DNA from: a virus
Lineage: Duplodnaviria; Caudoviricetes
Direction: 5' to 3' (one strand)
IMG/VR virus record: IMGVR_UViG_2882837327_000005
Span: 1-64,000 of that record
Length of the DNA stretch: 64,000 nucleotides
Shown here: one piece after another, positions 46,201 through 55,900 of the stretch
How positions within the stretch are numbered: position 1 is the first letter of the stretch
How the letters are laid out: the number at the start of each line of letters is the position of its first letter
Program-made: the position numbers and the translations under genes
Notes under the pieces: generated by a model
Databases searched by the model: none
Seen by the model: the letters and a program-made list of their open reading frames with translations, nothing else
Told to the model about the DNA's origin: nothing

Positions 46201-47043
46201 GCAGACCTCACGATGCAGCAGCGGACCTTGGATAACCGGGAGGAGGATGCTGCCCCGTGGTGGTACACCTCCAACAACCGAGAGGCCTATGCCAACCGAT
46301 CCCGAGCCGTGCGCACAGCTCGAGAAGCCGGCGGCACCGAGGAAGATATCCTCCGGGCCTCCAACCTCGCCGACCGCGGCTCCGAAATGCAGCGGATGCT
46401 GCGCGAGACGGAGCAGCTACGCCAGGCATTCGTGGGAATGGGCCAAGCCGGCGCCCAAGCCCTGGAGCAGCTCATCCTCCGCGGCGGCAATGCCCGCGAG
46501 ATCTTCGCGCAGCTGACCGCACAGGTGGCCAGCACCTTCTTCCGCCAGGCCAGCAGCAAATGGGGCGAGCAGCTGTTCGAGTATGTGGGGGGCAGCATGT
46601 TCGGCAGCGGCTCCTCGGGCAGCCGGGCGCCGGCAGGCGACAGCTCGTCCGGCTCCAGTGGCAGCAGTGGGCTCTGGAGCTTCTTCCGCAGCATCCTGCC
46701 CTTCGCCCAGGGCGGCATGACGGACGGCACGGGTCAGGTCGTCGAGCACGCCACCATGTTCGCCCTACCCAGCGGCGGCCGCGCGCTGGCCGGTGAGGCT
46801 GGGGACGGTGATGCCATCCTGCCGCTGCGCCGCATGGCCAACGGCAGCCTTGGCGTGGCGTCCTCCGGCGGAGGTGGAGGCGGCGACATCTACGTCAACG
46901 TCAACAATCACGGGGCTGGCGCGCAGACCTCCCCCGAGCAGGCACGCATGATCTCGAAGGAGATCCGTCGCGCGGTCGCGGAGCAGCAGACCCAACAGAT
47001 GCTTGAGGAGCAGCGAGTGGGTGGGATGTTCAACCCGATCTGA
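43243..47043 (+). CDS. Tape measure protein
   Basis: MQDIAALAFAIDSS start, helical body, C-terminal FAQGG..AGEAG..AILPLRR..G.LGV. Confidence 0.9.
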   Translation: MQDIAALAFAIDSSQAVTATQELDKLTRGAGSTQAAFRQMAETSNDSSKALRDLASQAHLTDSMLRQAGTGLDALINRIQTLSREVGTFRTTTTELTTALGQLRAAGDLFGTTASGIDEFVRASRQIGLNSYETVSSLQRITQALEGTSVAGERARRVLREYGVNVDGRSPDDGAAVLREFVQAMRGRRADGLRNDEVFAVLGPQSISSLAALNNDAYVTSEQRARRAQEGVISPLTLRVRGSISERDATLRNQIAEREDLERNYGDFWEDAVPNWLGGGAERPSVLRQRRASGQTSNGDAFRMEVQPDGTVRWRQGSWGQAFRGAVRNQLGLGSQVRGPDQLNEEMEAYRNSDLYGAAQSDILLRFQQEDEARRDTGWLNRNFNFGAEGRYYWNRFQAYRGQYAPRTDMRRNPDLQRTVNWDLDSDTLIAQGAMTDVQQQLQRMMIPALQGFGNIDVAGMERMSPSAIMDRLRSRDQGWASEALQRRIDALNSNAFQRDGRGYDDRDMTRRVTAGAGSRSDLFGLDPARLGIQGTEVLTDQEAQQKAQLIAQAVLRIRQQYTGLEDQARALQAAADDIDRDQRARTEQRQAQATRNLRFTEDQRSRLIDVNPQNRLSNIYESTRDRVMNDTRDPVLANTEALRALTSAVTDLERATNEALRNSALGVVRATNASNMLLTDAPYVRQLGLSIEQAQAFQADARQRLNIYAPGAPVPGVLPAAGATDALGDSATRYNAMPGRPALGSSYPRRPEDAGPYVWDPERGRMVSNPWHALRGALPPATGRMADFGTQARPSVGPPLPTAPGMLPEINVTAQAIVRPGEADPRGDVRQAAIGGFIDPTQQGLAWLYGRQYGARAMDFSARSQAERLSQNSLEGSFDSFLRDASSSERRGIMQQFDRTLLDAIRAYREQTEALTAATPLERELIQARQRQLREETQLRGAMQGASLEEQRALRARLAVLGIGSAEGGGLYERQAQSRSQFQLRADLTMQQRTLDNREEDAAPWWYTSNNREAYANRSRAVRTAREAGGTEEDILRASNLADRGSEMQRMLRETEQLRQAFVGMGQAGAQALEQLILRGGNAREIFAQLTAQVASTFFRQASSKWGEQLFEYVGGSMFGSGSSGSRAPAGDSSSGSSGSSGLWSFFRSILPFAQGGMTDGTGQVVEHATMFALPSGGRALAGEAGDGDAILPLRRMANGSLGVASSGGGGGGDIYVNVNNHGAGAQTSPEQARMISKEIRRAVAEQQTQQMLEEQRVGGMFNPI

Positions 47044-47159
47044 GCGGGGGGTAAGGCGGCGCCCCAAACTGAGCGCCGCCTCGGAAGTCCTGCGACCCCT
47101 CCGACCGCAGGCAAAGGCACCTTACGGTCTGCTATCTTGATTGCAAGCAAGCAAATGTT

Positions 47160-47696
47160 TCAGTTTCTGCGCGGCGTGGGTCTGCCTTGGCGTGTCGCGG
47201 CACTGGGAGGATCGATTGGCCGGTCCAGCTGAGCGAAAGCTCTGTCATTGGCAGAGGCGGCAGACAGTGCTTCGCTGAAGCCCGCACTGGAAATCGTCCC
47301 GTTGTGGGGCCCTACTTCTAGAATGACACTGCCGCCGCCTCGTAATTCGCGGATGGCCGCTACTGTGAAGGGCTGAGGTGCCATGCACAGCGACTCCTCG
47401 AAGCACCTGCCCGCAAACACCTCACCAGTGCCGACGATCCGCGCCCTCCAGGTCTCAGGCCACTGAATACTGGTGCCGATCAACGCGCCTCCGGGCCGCA
47501 GCACTAAGCTCAGCCAGGCGAAGCCGACATCGCGCACTTCGATCGCGCACGTTTGCCGATCGAGGATGCGATCTTGCCGGCATTCGTGACGCCAAGTTGG
47601 GTTTGCGGCACCGGTTCGTGGCATGACAGGTTGCGGGGCAGTGGGAACGCAGCCCATGAGAGCCACACAAAGCAGTAATAGATAACGGACCGTCAT
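47160..47696 (-). CDS. Lipoprotein moron (candidate superinfection exclusion)
   Basis: Lipobox LMGC; antisense to the late operon; lower GC; AT-rich upstream. Confidence 0.65.
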   Translation of the reverse strand: MTVRYLLLLCVALMGCVPTAPQPVMPRTGAANPTWRHECRQDRILDRQTCAIEVRDVGFAWLSLVLRPGGALIGTSIQWPETWRARIVGTGEVFAGRCFEESLCMAPQPFTVAAIRELRGGGSVILEVGPHNGTISSAGFSEALSAASANDRAFAQLDRPIDPPSAATRQGRPTPRRN

Positions 47697-47846
47697 TCCA
47701 ACCCTCTTACAATTCAGATTTATTTGAGATAAACGTTCTATTGAATTGATAAATTAGATTTATTTTGATATATTATTAGTTGGGCCAGTTAGGTAATTGC
47801 CACCCAACTGGCCCGTTCCTTCCAACATTACTGAAAGGAGCGTCTC

Positions 47847-48599
47847 GTGGAGACCCACGAAACGTATACGCGCGCGCGCCCTACGCGCAAGCGCGAAGGC
47901 CCGCTCATGCCCGGAGACGAGGCCCTGCTCAGGACCTCTGATGGCAAGACCCTCAAGGTCGCTGTCCTCGAGGAAACTGACCTGGTCATCGCGCGGATGC
48001 CGCGCCAGGCCGAGAAGCCGCCCTGCTCCGAAAGGAGACGCGAGACCTCCCGTGAAAACGGGAAGCTCGGCGGCCGCCCCCGCACCGTCAGGGAGCCCAC
48101 GGCCCCTCTACCCGAGGAGCCAGAGGATGAGCCCGCACCCCGAGCCTTCCGGGCCGCTGACGTGCTGCCGGTAACGGACATGCTCCGTGCCGGCGTCTGG
48201 GAGACGGAGGCCCACTCGAACGCGAACTTCGGCGTTCTGGCCATCGTGCCCGGCTTCGACGCCCAGGCCGCCATGCTCGTGACCGACCACCATGTCGGTT
48301 CCCGGGCGCGGCCAGGCGCCATGGTCGGCATCTCCCTCGGCCCTGTCGATGACGGGCAGCTGGTGGTGGTCGAGCGCCGAGACGACCTGCACCGCCGCGA
48401 GCTCACGCTCCGGCTGCTGACGATCGAGAAGGACACCGTCCGTCTCTCGTTCCTCGGCGATGTGCCGCCCCAGGCGGCGCAGCTGGTCTGGCCCCGTGCC
48501 GTGACCAATAACCTGGTAGCTGGCCTGCCCATCCCCCTGGATGGCGGCGAGCTCCGGATCCTCGGCAGGGTGACCATCACCTCGAGGATCGAGGGATGA
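47847..48599 (+). CDS. Basic ENGKLGGRPR motif plus catalytically dead S24 (LexA/CI-like) domain
   Basis: VLPVTDMLRAGVW (Ala-Gly site), MLVTDHHV (GDSM position), ELTLRLL (TxK position), ILGRV. Confidence 0.6.
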   Translation: METHETYTRARPTRKREGPLMPGDEALLRTSDGKTLKVAVLEETDLVIARMPRQAEKPPCSERRRETSRENGKLGGRPRTVREPTAPLPEEPEDEPAPRAFRAADVLPVTDMLRAGVWETEAHSNANFGVLAIVPGFDAQAAMLVTDHHVGSRARPGAMVGISLGPVDDGQLVVVERRDDLHRRELTLRLLTIEKDTVRLSFLGDVPPQAAQLVWPRAVTNNLVAGLPIPLDGGELRILGRVTITSRIEG

Positions 48600-48817
48600 C
48601 ACGCCCGCCTGCGGCCCGCGAGGGCCTGTGGGCGAGCGCCGCCGGCCCCCGCTTCGTGCAGATGCTGGGCCCACACCCCGACCTTCCCGACATGATCCTG
48701 ATCTCCTGCGACGAGCAGGAACTCACCGTGCCGGCGTCGGCCGTCCACGCGCTGCCGGAAGGCACGCGTGAACTCGTCCGCTGGGCCATGGAGCCCGCGC
48801 CCGACTGGGACCGTTAA
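48596..48817 (+). CDS. Small hypothetical protein
   Basis: ATGA coupling; followed by a terminator. Confidence 0.6.
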   Translation: MTRPPAAREGLWASAAGPRFVQMLGPHPDLPDMILISCDEQELTVPASAVHALPEGTRELVRWAMEPAPDWDR

Positions 48818-48833
48818 CTCGGCCCCAGACGAC

Positions 48834-48872
48834 AAGAAGCCCCTCAGCCAGTGATGGCTGGGGGGCTATTTT
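48834..48872. terminator. Intrinsic (possibly bidirectional) terminator
   Basis: AGCCCCTCAGCCA-GTGA-TGGCTGGGGGGCT-ATTTT. Confidence 0.75.
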
Positions 48873-48873
48873 G

Positions 48874-48907
48874 TTGACATTTCTGCCTTATCGTTCTATA
48901 TTTGTTC
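48874..48907 (+). promoter_or_regulatory. Sigma70 promoter with a LexA box over the -10
   Basis: TTGACA-N17-TATATT; GTTC-TATATTT-GTTC at 48893-48907. Confidence 0.85.
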
Positions 48908-49179
48908 CGAAACAGTCTGCTCTGTTTTCCTCCCCGGATTGGATTCCAGCTGTCGCCCTCGGACGACGCGGCCCTGCATTTTTCACATCATGAAATTTTG
49001 CGTGCCGTCCCAGCGCATCGCGATTTCCGCGATGAATCAACCGCATGCTAACTGCGACATTGAAATGTGAAGGTCGTGCGAGCACATCGCTCGCCCGGCC
49101 TCAATTTTGCTGCGTTATGCGAGCATTGATTTTCCAACGCGGGGATGCACACATGCGCCTCAGAAAGGGAAAAACTAGC

Positions 49180-49413
49180 ATGTCTACGGAGACCAAAGCC
49201 GCAACCGTCACCTTCAAGGCCGAGTTTGATAGCGAGGCCAACATGTGGTGGGTGTCGGAGTGCTCCTATCCGGGTGTCAACGCCGAGGCGCCCACGCTGG
49301 ACCGCTTGTATAAGAAGGTCCAGGCCGTGGTCGCTGATCTGCGCGAGATCAATGGCGACACCGCGCCTGCCGGCATGATGCAGATGTCGGCGGAGATGCC
49401 GATGGCTGCCTGA
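49180..49413 (+). CDS. HicB-like antitoxin (DUF1902), no DNA-binding domain
   Basis: AEFDSEANMWW..PGVNAEAPTLDRL; adjacent to HicA. Confidence 0.75.
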   Translation: MSTETKAATVTFKAEFDSEANMWWVSECSYPGVNAEAPTLDRLYKKVQAVVADLREINGDTAPAGMMQMSAEMPMAA

Positions 49414-49426
49414 TAGGCCGCCGCCA

Positions 49427-49621
49427 ATGGCGAGCTATGATCGGCAGATCGAGAAGCTTCTAAAGGACGCTGGATGTCAGTTCGAGCGTCCCGGAAAAGG
49501 AAGCCACAGCATTTGGCGTAATCCCGCCACCAACCAGACCTTCGCCGTTTCCCATGACGTCAAAACCAAGGGAACGGCAAACAAGATCCTGAAGGACGCT
49601 GGCCTGCCCAAGGCCTTCTGA
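49427..49621 (+). CDS. hicA: HicA-family mRNA interferase toxin
   Basis: LLKDAGC..GKGSHSIW..TANKILKDAGL. Confidence 0.9.
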   Translation: MASYDRQIEKLLKDAGCQFERPGKGSHSIWRNPATNQTFAVSHDVKTKGTANKILKDAGLPKAF

Positions 49622-49624
49622 CCC

Positions 49625-49659
49625 AGAGCCCCGGAGCCTCTTCGCTCCGGGGCTTTTTT
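49625..49659 (+). terminator. Intrinsic terminator
   Basis: AGAGCCCCGGAGC-CTCTTC-GCTCCGGGGCTTT-TTT. Confidence 0.85.
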
Positions 49660-49749
49660 GCATTTTCTGCACATAAGTCGGAGCCACCAGCGGGCCTTGC
49701 GCCCCCTGATAGCCCGCGACCATGACGGAGACGGAGACCCCGCCCCGCC

Positions 49750-50178
49750 ATGACCGTCAACATTGGCCCCGTTACGATCTACCCGGATGGCACCGCCACC
49801 TGGAGCGGGGCCACGCCCAGCTACATCGGCACCCAGCCGGTGTGGCAGCCGCCGCGATCGCCCGACGCTCCGGTGGAGGGCGACGAGGCCCCCGAGCTCG
49901 TGAAGCACCGTTTCAACGACGGCTACGTCATGCGGTCGCCCAAGGGCCTGAACCACGTGACGATGAACGTGAACCTCAGCTTCTCGAACATCTACGCCGC
50001 GGAGAAGGACGCCATCCTCGGCTTCCTGCGCGGGCGTGGTGGCTACCAGCCCTTCTGGTGGCAACAGCCCAACGAGCTCATGCGGCGATGGATCTGCGAG
50101 CGCTGGGCGGGCCGGCAGCTGGGCCCTGACCGCTGGCAGGTCACCGCCGCCCTCACCCGTGATTGGAGCCCCAGCTGA
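49750..50178 (+). CDS. Minor tail protein, lambda gpM-like
   Basis: RFNDGY..R..KGLN..ILGFL..RGGYQPFWW. Confidence 0.85.
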   Translation: MTVNIGPVTIYPDGTATWSGATPSYIGTQPVWQPPRSPDAPVEGDEAPELVKHRFNDGYVMRSPKGLNHVTMNVNLSFSNIYAAEKDAILGFLRGRGGYQPFWWQQPNELMRRWICERWAGRQLGPDRWQVTAALTRDWSPS

Positions 50179-51458
50179 TGGCTGTCCGTCATCGCCGCGC
50201 CCAGGAGCTGGCCGGCCAGGCCCTCATCGACCTCTACGAGCTGGACATCACCAAGTACGGCGGTGGCGTGCGGCGCTGGACCCCGGGGCCGGTGGGTGGC
50301 CCGGGCAGCAATGGCATCTGGAATCCCTCGCCGAAGGCCAATGTCACCGGCTGGTCGTATGGTGCGCCGCCCTACAACCCCGCAATCTTCGACACGGCCA
50401 CGAATGCCTGGGGCGCCAGCAATCCTGGTTGCGTCCTCGACGAGGGCAACGGCGTCGCCCAGTGGGCGAGCATCCCTGCCGACGAGGAGCGCGGCATCTG
50501 GTGGGCGAGCCCGTTCCAGGTCAATTCGGGCTTCTTCTTCCAGGCCCAGGCGCGCCTGCTCGCTTACCGCTGCCGCGCCTGCGTGTCCGTGGAGTTCTGG
50601 AATGGCGCCACCCTCCTCACCACCCAGCGCAGCCTCTGGGCTGGCCTGACCGACCTCCCCAATATCGGGCGCGATTTCAAGAATTTCGCCCTGGTGTCAG
50701 TCTCGGGCCAGGTGCCGCCGAACACCACCCACATCATCTACGGGATCGTTACCACGCCCTATTCAGCCGGCTCGGCCGCTACCGACAGCGGTGTGTCCTG
50801 GGCGCGGACCAGCATTACCTTTGGGGCTCAGGCCTTCTCGGCCACCCCCATCGAGTTTGCGCCTGGCGCCAAGGTGGGCAGCGTCAGCTTCGGCGGGCTC
50901 GTCTACTCGCCGCTGCCTCTGCGCCTGGAGGGGATGGAGAAGACCGGGCGCGGCGCCGTGCCGCGCGTCACGGTGGTGATCCCTGACCAGAACGCCCTGA
51001 TGACCGCCCTGCTCGTCACCTACAAGGATCTGAAGGGATGCAAGGTCAGCCGCAAGCAGGTGTTCCGCGGCGCGCTGGATGACGGGCCAGACGCCGACCC
51101 CACCGACTTCTATGGGCCCGAGGAATTCTACATCGACCGGGTATCCCGGCACTCGCCCGGCATCGAGGCTGCCCTCGAATGCGTCTCGCCGCTGGACATC
51201 CAGGGCCAGCGCCTGCCCGCGCGCCAGGTGATCCGCGACGTATGCGATTTCGACTACCGGTACTGGAACGGCAGCAGCTTCGAATACGGCTCCTGCCCCT
51301 ACGCGGGCTCGGAGATGTTCGACTCTGCTAACCAGCCGACGACCACCGCGGCCCAGGACAAGTGCTCCCGCTCCCTGCTCGGCTGCCGAGCGCGCTACGG
51401 CACATCCACCCCGCTGCCGATGAGCGCCTTCCCCGGGGTGGGTAAGGTGAGGTTCTGA
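50178..51458 (+). CDS. Minor tail protein, lambda gpL-like, with about 190-aa insertion
   Basis: LIDLYELD, Y.PLP, EEFYIDR, LPARQ..C..Y..C.Y.G..DKC..GC..R four-Cys motif. Confidence 0.85.
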   Translation: MAVRHRRAQELAGQALIDLYELDITKYGGGVRRWTPGPVGGPGSNGIWNPSPKANVTGWSYGAPPYNPAIFDTATNAWGASNPGCVLDEGNGVAQWASIPADEERGIWWASPFQVNSGFFFQAQARLLAYRCRACVSVEFWNGATLLTTQRSLWAGLTDLPNIGRDFKNFALVSVSGQVPPNTTHIIYGIVTTPYSAGSAATDSGVSWARTSITFGAQAFSATPIEFAPGAKVGSVSFGGLVYSPLPLRLEGMEKTGRGAVPRVTVVIPDQNALMTALLVTYKDLKGCKVSRKQVFRGALDDGPDADPTDFYGPEEFYIDRVSRHSPGIEAALECVSPLDIQGQRLPARQVIRDVCDFDYRYWNGSSFEYGSCPYAGSEMFDSANQPTTTAAQDKCSRSLLGCRARYGTSTPLPMSAFPGVGKVRF

Positions 51459-52192
51459 TGTTCTCGGCCGACATCATCGCAGCCATCAAGGCTGACGCCG
51501 CCACGCGCTACCCGAAGGAGAGCTGCGGCATCGTGACCGCCCGCGGCTATGAGCCGCAGCCCAACCTCAGCGATGAGCCGGAGGCGTTCTTCGTCATGCC
51601 GCGCTGCGTCGCCGCGCGCGCCGCCGCCGGCGAGGTGTTGGCCGTGGTCCATAGCCACAACGAGAACGGCTTCGACCACCCCTCCCGCGCCGATCAAGAA
51701 CAGTGCCTCGCCATGGGCATTCCCTGGGGCCTGGTGCTGGTGGTCAATGGCAAGCCGGGTGAGCCCTTCTTCTGGGGCGAGGGTGTGGCGCGCCCGCCGA
51801 TCATGCCCCGCGACTTCCGGTGGGGCCCGAGCGGCACGGACGGCTGCGGGGACTGCTTCGCCCTGGTGCGGGACTGGTACGCACTGGAGATGGGCCTCGA
51901 GATTCCGGACGTGGCGCGCGACCAGGATTGGGAGCTGGACGACAAGATGGCCTATGTCGACGGCTATAAGCGGGCCGGCTTCACCCATGTGGGCGAGGAG
52001 CAGATCCAGCGCGGCGACGGCCTGTTGTTCTCCTTCGGCAGCCCGAAGCGGACCCCCAACCATGCGGGCGTCTACCTGGGCGACGGCACCATCCTTCACC
52101 ACAAGCGCAACTGCCTTGTGCAGCGGGAGAGCCTGGGCTTCCTGCGCGCCTCGCTGGTGGCAGTGCTGCGGCCGCCGGCGGTGCCCGCATGA
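51458..52192 (+). CDS. Tail assembly protein gpK-like (JAB + NlpC/P60)
   Basis: YPKESCG, VHSH..PSRAD, DCFALVRDWY, NHAGVYLG..ILHH. Confidence 0.9.
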   Translation: MFSADIIAAIKADAATRYPKESCGIVTARGYEPQPNLSDEPEAFFVMPRCVAARAAAGEVLAVVHSHNENGFDHPSRADQEQCLAMGIPWGLVLVVNGKPGEPFFWGEGVARPPIMPRDFRWGPSGTDGCGDCFALVRDWYALEMGLEIPDVARDQDWELDDKMAYVDGYKRAGFTHVGEEQIQRGDGLLFSFGSPKRTPNHAGVYLGDGTILHHKRNCLVQRESLGFLRASLVAVLRPPAVPA

Positions 52193-52896
52193 ACACCATC
52201 CACCTGCACGGGCCCATGCGGAAGCAGTTCGGCGGTCCCTTCACCCTCGCGGTGCGCACGCCGGCCGAGGCCATCCACGCGCTGAACATGCAGCTTCCGG
52301 GCTTCGAGGAGGCCATCCGCAGCCGCAGCTGGCGCGTCGTGCGCGGCTCCCTGAAGAAGGGCCGATCCCTGCCCAGCGAGCAGCTGGGCGTGAACCTGGG
52401 CGGCGAGATGCACCTCGTGGCGGCAGCTGAGGGCGCGGGCGGGCGCGGCACTGGCAAGATCATCATCGGCGCCCTGCTGCTGGTGACTGCTGCAGTCCTG
52501 ACCGCAGGCTTTGGCGGCGCGGCGGGTGGCGCGGCGGCTGGCGCGGGTGAAGCAGCAGGCGCGGGCGCGGCGACCGCTACCCAGAGTGCAACTGCGGCCG
52601 CGTTTGGCACCGTGACCGGGAGCGGCCTTGGGACCACGCTCAACCTCGGCTCAGTCCTGGGCACATCGCTCTCCGTCTCCGCCGGCAAACTGGCCTTGTT
52701 CGGGGCTGCCATGCTGTTCGGCGGTATCTCCCAGGCCCTGTCCTCCACGCCTAAGGCTGGGGACACGAAGCGCAGCTTCCTGTTCAACGGCTCGGTGAAC
52801 CCGGCCGAACAGGGCGTGCCGGTGCCGCTGGCATTCGGAAAGCCCCGCACCGGTGGCGTCATCATTGCAGTGGCCATGGAGACGACTGACTTCTGA
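52189..52896 (+). CDS. Tail assembly protein gpI-like
   Basis: IHLHG..FG..TPAEAIHAL, FNGSVNPAEQGVPVPLAFG. Confidence 0.9.
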   Translation: MNTIHLHGPMRKQFGGPFTLAVRTPAEAIHALNMQLPGFEEAIRSRSWRVVRGSLKKGRSLPSEQLGVNLGGEMHLVAAAEGAGGRGTGKIIIGALLLVTAAVLTAGFGGAAGGAAAGAGEAAGAGAATATQSATAAAFGTVTGSGLGTTLNLGSVLGTSLSVSAGKLALFGAAMLFGGISQALSSTPKAGDTKRSFLFNGSVNPAEQGVPVPLAFGKPRTGGVIIAVAMETTDF

Positions 52897-52936
52897 CCGC
52901 TGGACGCCGCCGGAAACCGGCGACCATGCAGGATGA

Positions 52937-55900
52937 ATGCCAGACGGTTTCTCGTCCCATTCCCCGATTCATGGTGCTGGCGGCCTTGGCGGCGGCGGCT
53001 CGTCGGGTGGCCGCGAGGCCGAGAACACGCTGCGCGCGCGCAATATTCTGCGCGTCCTGTATCTCATCTCCGAGGGCCCGATCGCGGGCTGGCAGACCGA
53101 CGAGGCGAGGAAGTCGATCTTCCTCACCGAAAACCAGACCCCGATCATCGCGGCCGACGGCAGCACCAATTTCGAGATGGTGGATGTCCAGTGGCGCCTG
53201 GGCGATGCGGGGGCGTCCTACATTGAGGGGTTCCCAAGTGCTGAGGACACCTTCGCCGGGCCTGGCCGTGTCACCGCCGACAACACCCCGCAGATCCGGA
53301 CCGTCGATCTCACCAGCCGCGATAGGCTGAAGGTCGGCATCCAGCTGCCCGCGATGTACCACCAGGACGACAAGGGCAACGTCGATCCAACCTCCGTCAG
53401 CCTGCGCATCGAGTGGCGCCCGAGCAGCGGCGGACCCTGGCAGAGCCTGCAGAGCGACACCATCAGCGGCAAGTGCGTCTCGCCCTATTCGAAAGTCTAC
53501 TCCTGGGCGAAGCCCTACAACGGCATCATCGACATCAGGGTCGTGCGGGAAACCCCCGATCCAGCTGACACGAAGACCGGCAACCTGATCGATTGGGTCA
53601 GCTACTCGGCCGTCCTCGACCAGAAGATGCTCTACCCGGGCTGCGCCTATGTCGCGCTGGCCTTCGACGCCGAGAAGTTCAACGGTCAGATCCCGCAGGT
53701 CACCTTCGCGCCGCTCGGGCTCTATTGCGACGTCCCGACCAACTACGACGCGGAGACGCGCACCTACAGCGGGCTGTGGAACGGCACCTTCAAGCAGGCC
53801 TGGACCCGCAACCCGGCGTGGATCTTCTGGACACTGGCGACGAACCCGCGCTGGGGCGCAGGCCGCGCGCTGGCGGCTGGCCTGGTGAACCCCACCGCCG
53901 CCTACCAGGCCGCGGCGTCGCTGGTCGACCGCTGGACCCTCTACTCGATCGCCCAATACTGCGACGAGACCGTGCCGGACGGCTTCGGCGGCATGGAGCC
54001 GCGGTACCAGACCGACCTTTGGATCAACAGCGACGACGAGGCCTACCGCGTCCTGCAGTCCATCGCCTCCTCCTTCCGGGCGATGATCTACTGGGGCGGG
54101 GGCAAGATCGTGCCCGTGGCCGACAGGCCCAGCGAGCCGAAGAAGCTCGTCACCCGCTCCAACATCATCGGCGACTTCCTCTACGAGGGTGCCTCGCAGC
54201 GGTCGCAGCACTCCCTGGTGCGTGTGCGCTGGCGCGATCCCGTCACTGGCTACCGCGAGGCGGTGGAACTGGTGGACGACCCCGAGCTCATGCGGGCGGT
54301 CGGCTATCGCCCCATCGACTACGAGGCCGTGGGCTGCACCAGCCGAAGCCAGGCGCGCCGCATGGGCCGGTGGATCCTGTTCACCGAGAAGTACGAGGAC
54401 CGTATGGTCCGGTGGACGGCGTCCCGCGACCACGCGAACGTTGTGCCCGGCGATATCGTCCTCATCCAGGATTCCAAGCTGGCCGGGCTGCAGCTGAGCG
54501 GCCGGCTGGCCTGCACGCCGACCTCGAACTCTCAACTGCAGCTTGATCGTTCGGTCACCTTCGAAGCCGGCAAGACCTACTCCTTCGCCGTGGTCTTGCC
54601 CTCGGGCGACCTCAGCGCGCTGACGCCCCTCACGAACGGCCCGGGCACCACCGACCTGGTGCTGCTGCAGACGCCACTCGGTCAGGTGCCCATCGCGGAA
54701 GCGGTGTGGGTCATCACCGCCAGCGACCTGGCGCCGGTCCATTACCGGGTGCTGCACGTCAAGGAAGACGCCGAGGAAGGCACCTACGAGATCTCGGCCG
54801 CCCGCCACTACCCGGGCAAGTACGACATGATCGAGCAGGGCCTCGCACTCGAGGACACCCCCTTCTCGATCGAGCGTGACCCCTATCGCGCCGTCCCGGT
54901 GCCGACGAACCTCCAGGTTGAGGAATATGTCGGCGGCCAAGCCAACACCGCGCTGCTGCGCGTCATCTTCTCCTGGACCTCGGTGCAGGACACGTGGGTC
55001 ACGGGCTATGAGGCCGAGGCCATCCGCGAGGGCGCGCTGCAGGCGGCGCAGCTGGTGGCCGGGGCCACCGTCGAATTCGCGGACCTCCAGCCGGGCAACT
55101 ACACCTTCCGGGTGCGCTCGCTCGGCCGACAGGGCGCCACCTCCGCCTGGGCATACATCGATGCGGTCAATGTCGACGGCCGTGCCGACCCGCCGGCGCC
55201 GCCCACGGGCCTGACCGCCGAGGGCGGCATCCGGGCGAACGTCATCCGCTGGAACAGCGCAGCGTCGCGCCACCTGCGCGGCACGCAGGTGTGGGCCAGT
55301 TCCAACGCCACCTTCTCGGCCGGCGGCCAGGTAGGCGAGGCCCCCTTCGGCAGCTTCATCCACAGCGGCCTGCTCCCGAACCAGACCTGGTTCTACTGGA
55401 TCCGCTCCGTCGACACCTTCGGCCAGACCTCGGGGTGGGTGGGGCCGGTCCAGGCCACCACCAGCCTGCTGGTAGCTGCCGACCTGACGCAGGGCATCAT
55501 CGACACGGCGGCGTTCGCCGCTGGCATCGCGCCTGTGATGCTGATCGATGACCTCACGGCCAGCGCCGCAAACGACACAGTCGCCTTCAACAAGGCGGAC
55601 GGCCAGCTATACCGGCGAAACGGGGGCACCTGGGTCAACAGCGTGCCAGCGGTCGCCATCACCGGCTCGCTGAGCAGCGACCAGATCGAGGGCCTCGACG
55701 CCGCCAAACTGGCCGGCGAGATTGGCGAAACGCAGATCTCCGACGGGGCAATCTCCACGCCGAAGCTGGCGGCCGGCGCGGTCACGGCAGCCAACCTCGC
55801 CGCCGGATCAGTCACCACCTCAGCGCTCGCCGTCGGCAGCAGCAACGTCATCTGGAACTCCTGCAGCACGCTCACCATCGATGGCTGGTCGGTCTACGGT

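Noticed and set aside
48400-48470. CsrA-like motif LTLRLLTIEKDTVRLSF
   Set aside because: The wider context fits the S24 beta-barrel pattern better; CsrA N- and C-terminal motifs are absent
563-55363. Long antisense or alternative-frame ORFs (e.g. 563-2257, 24978-26612, 31019-34480, 36764-38356, 40937-42793, 52862-55363)
   Set aside because: Shadow ORFs expected opposite GC3-rich genes; they carry no motifs or RBS and fully overlap well-supported genes
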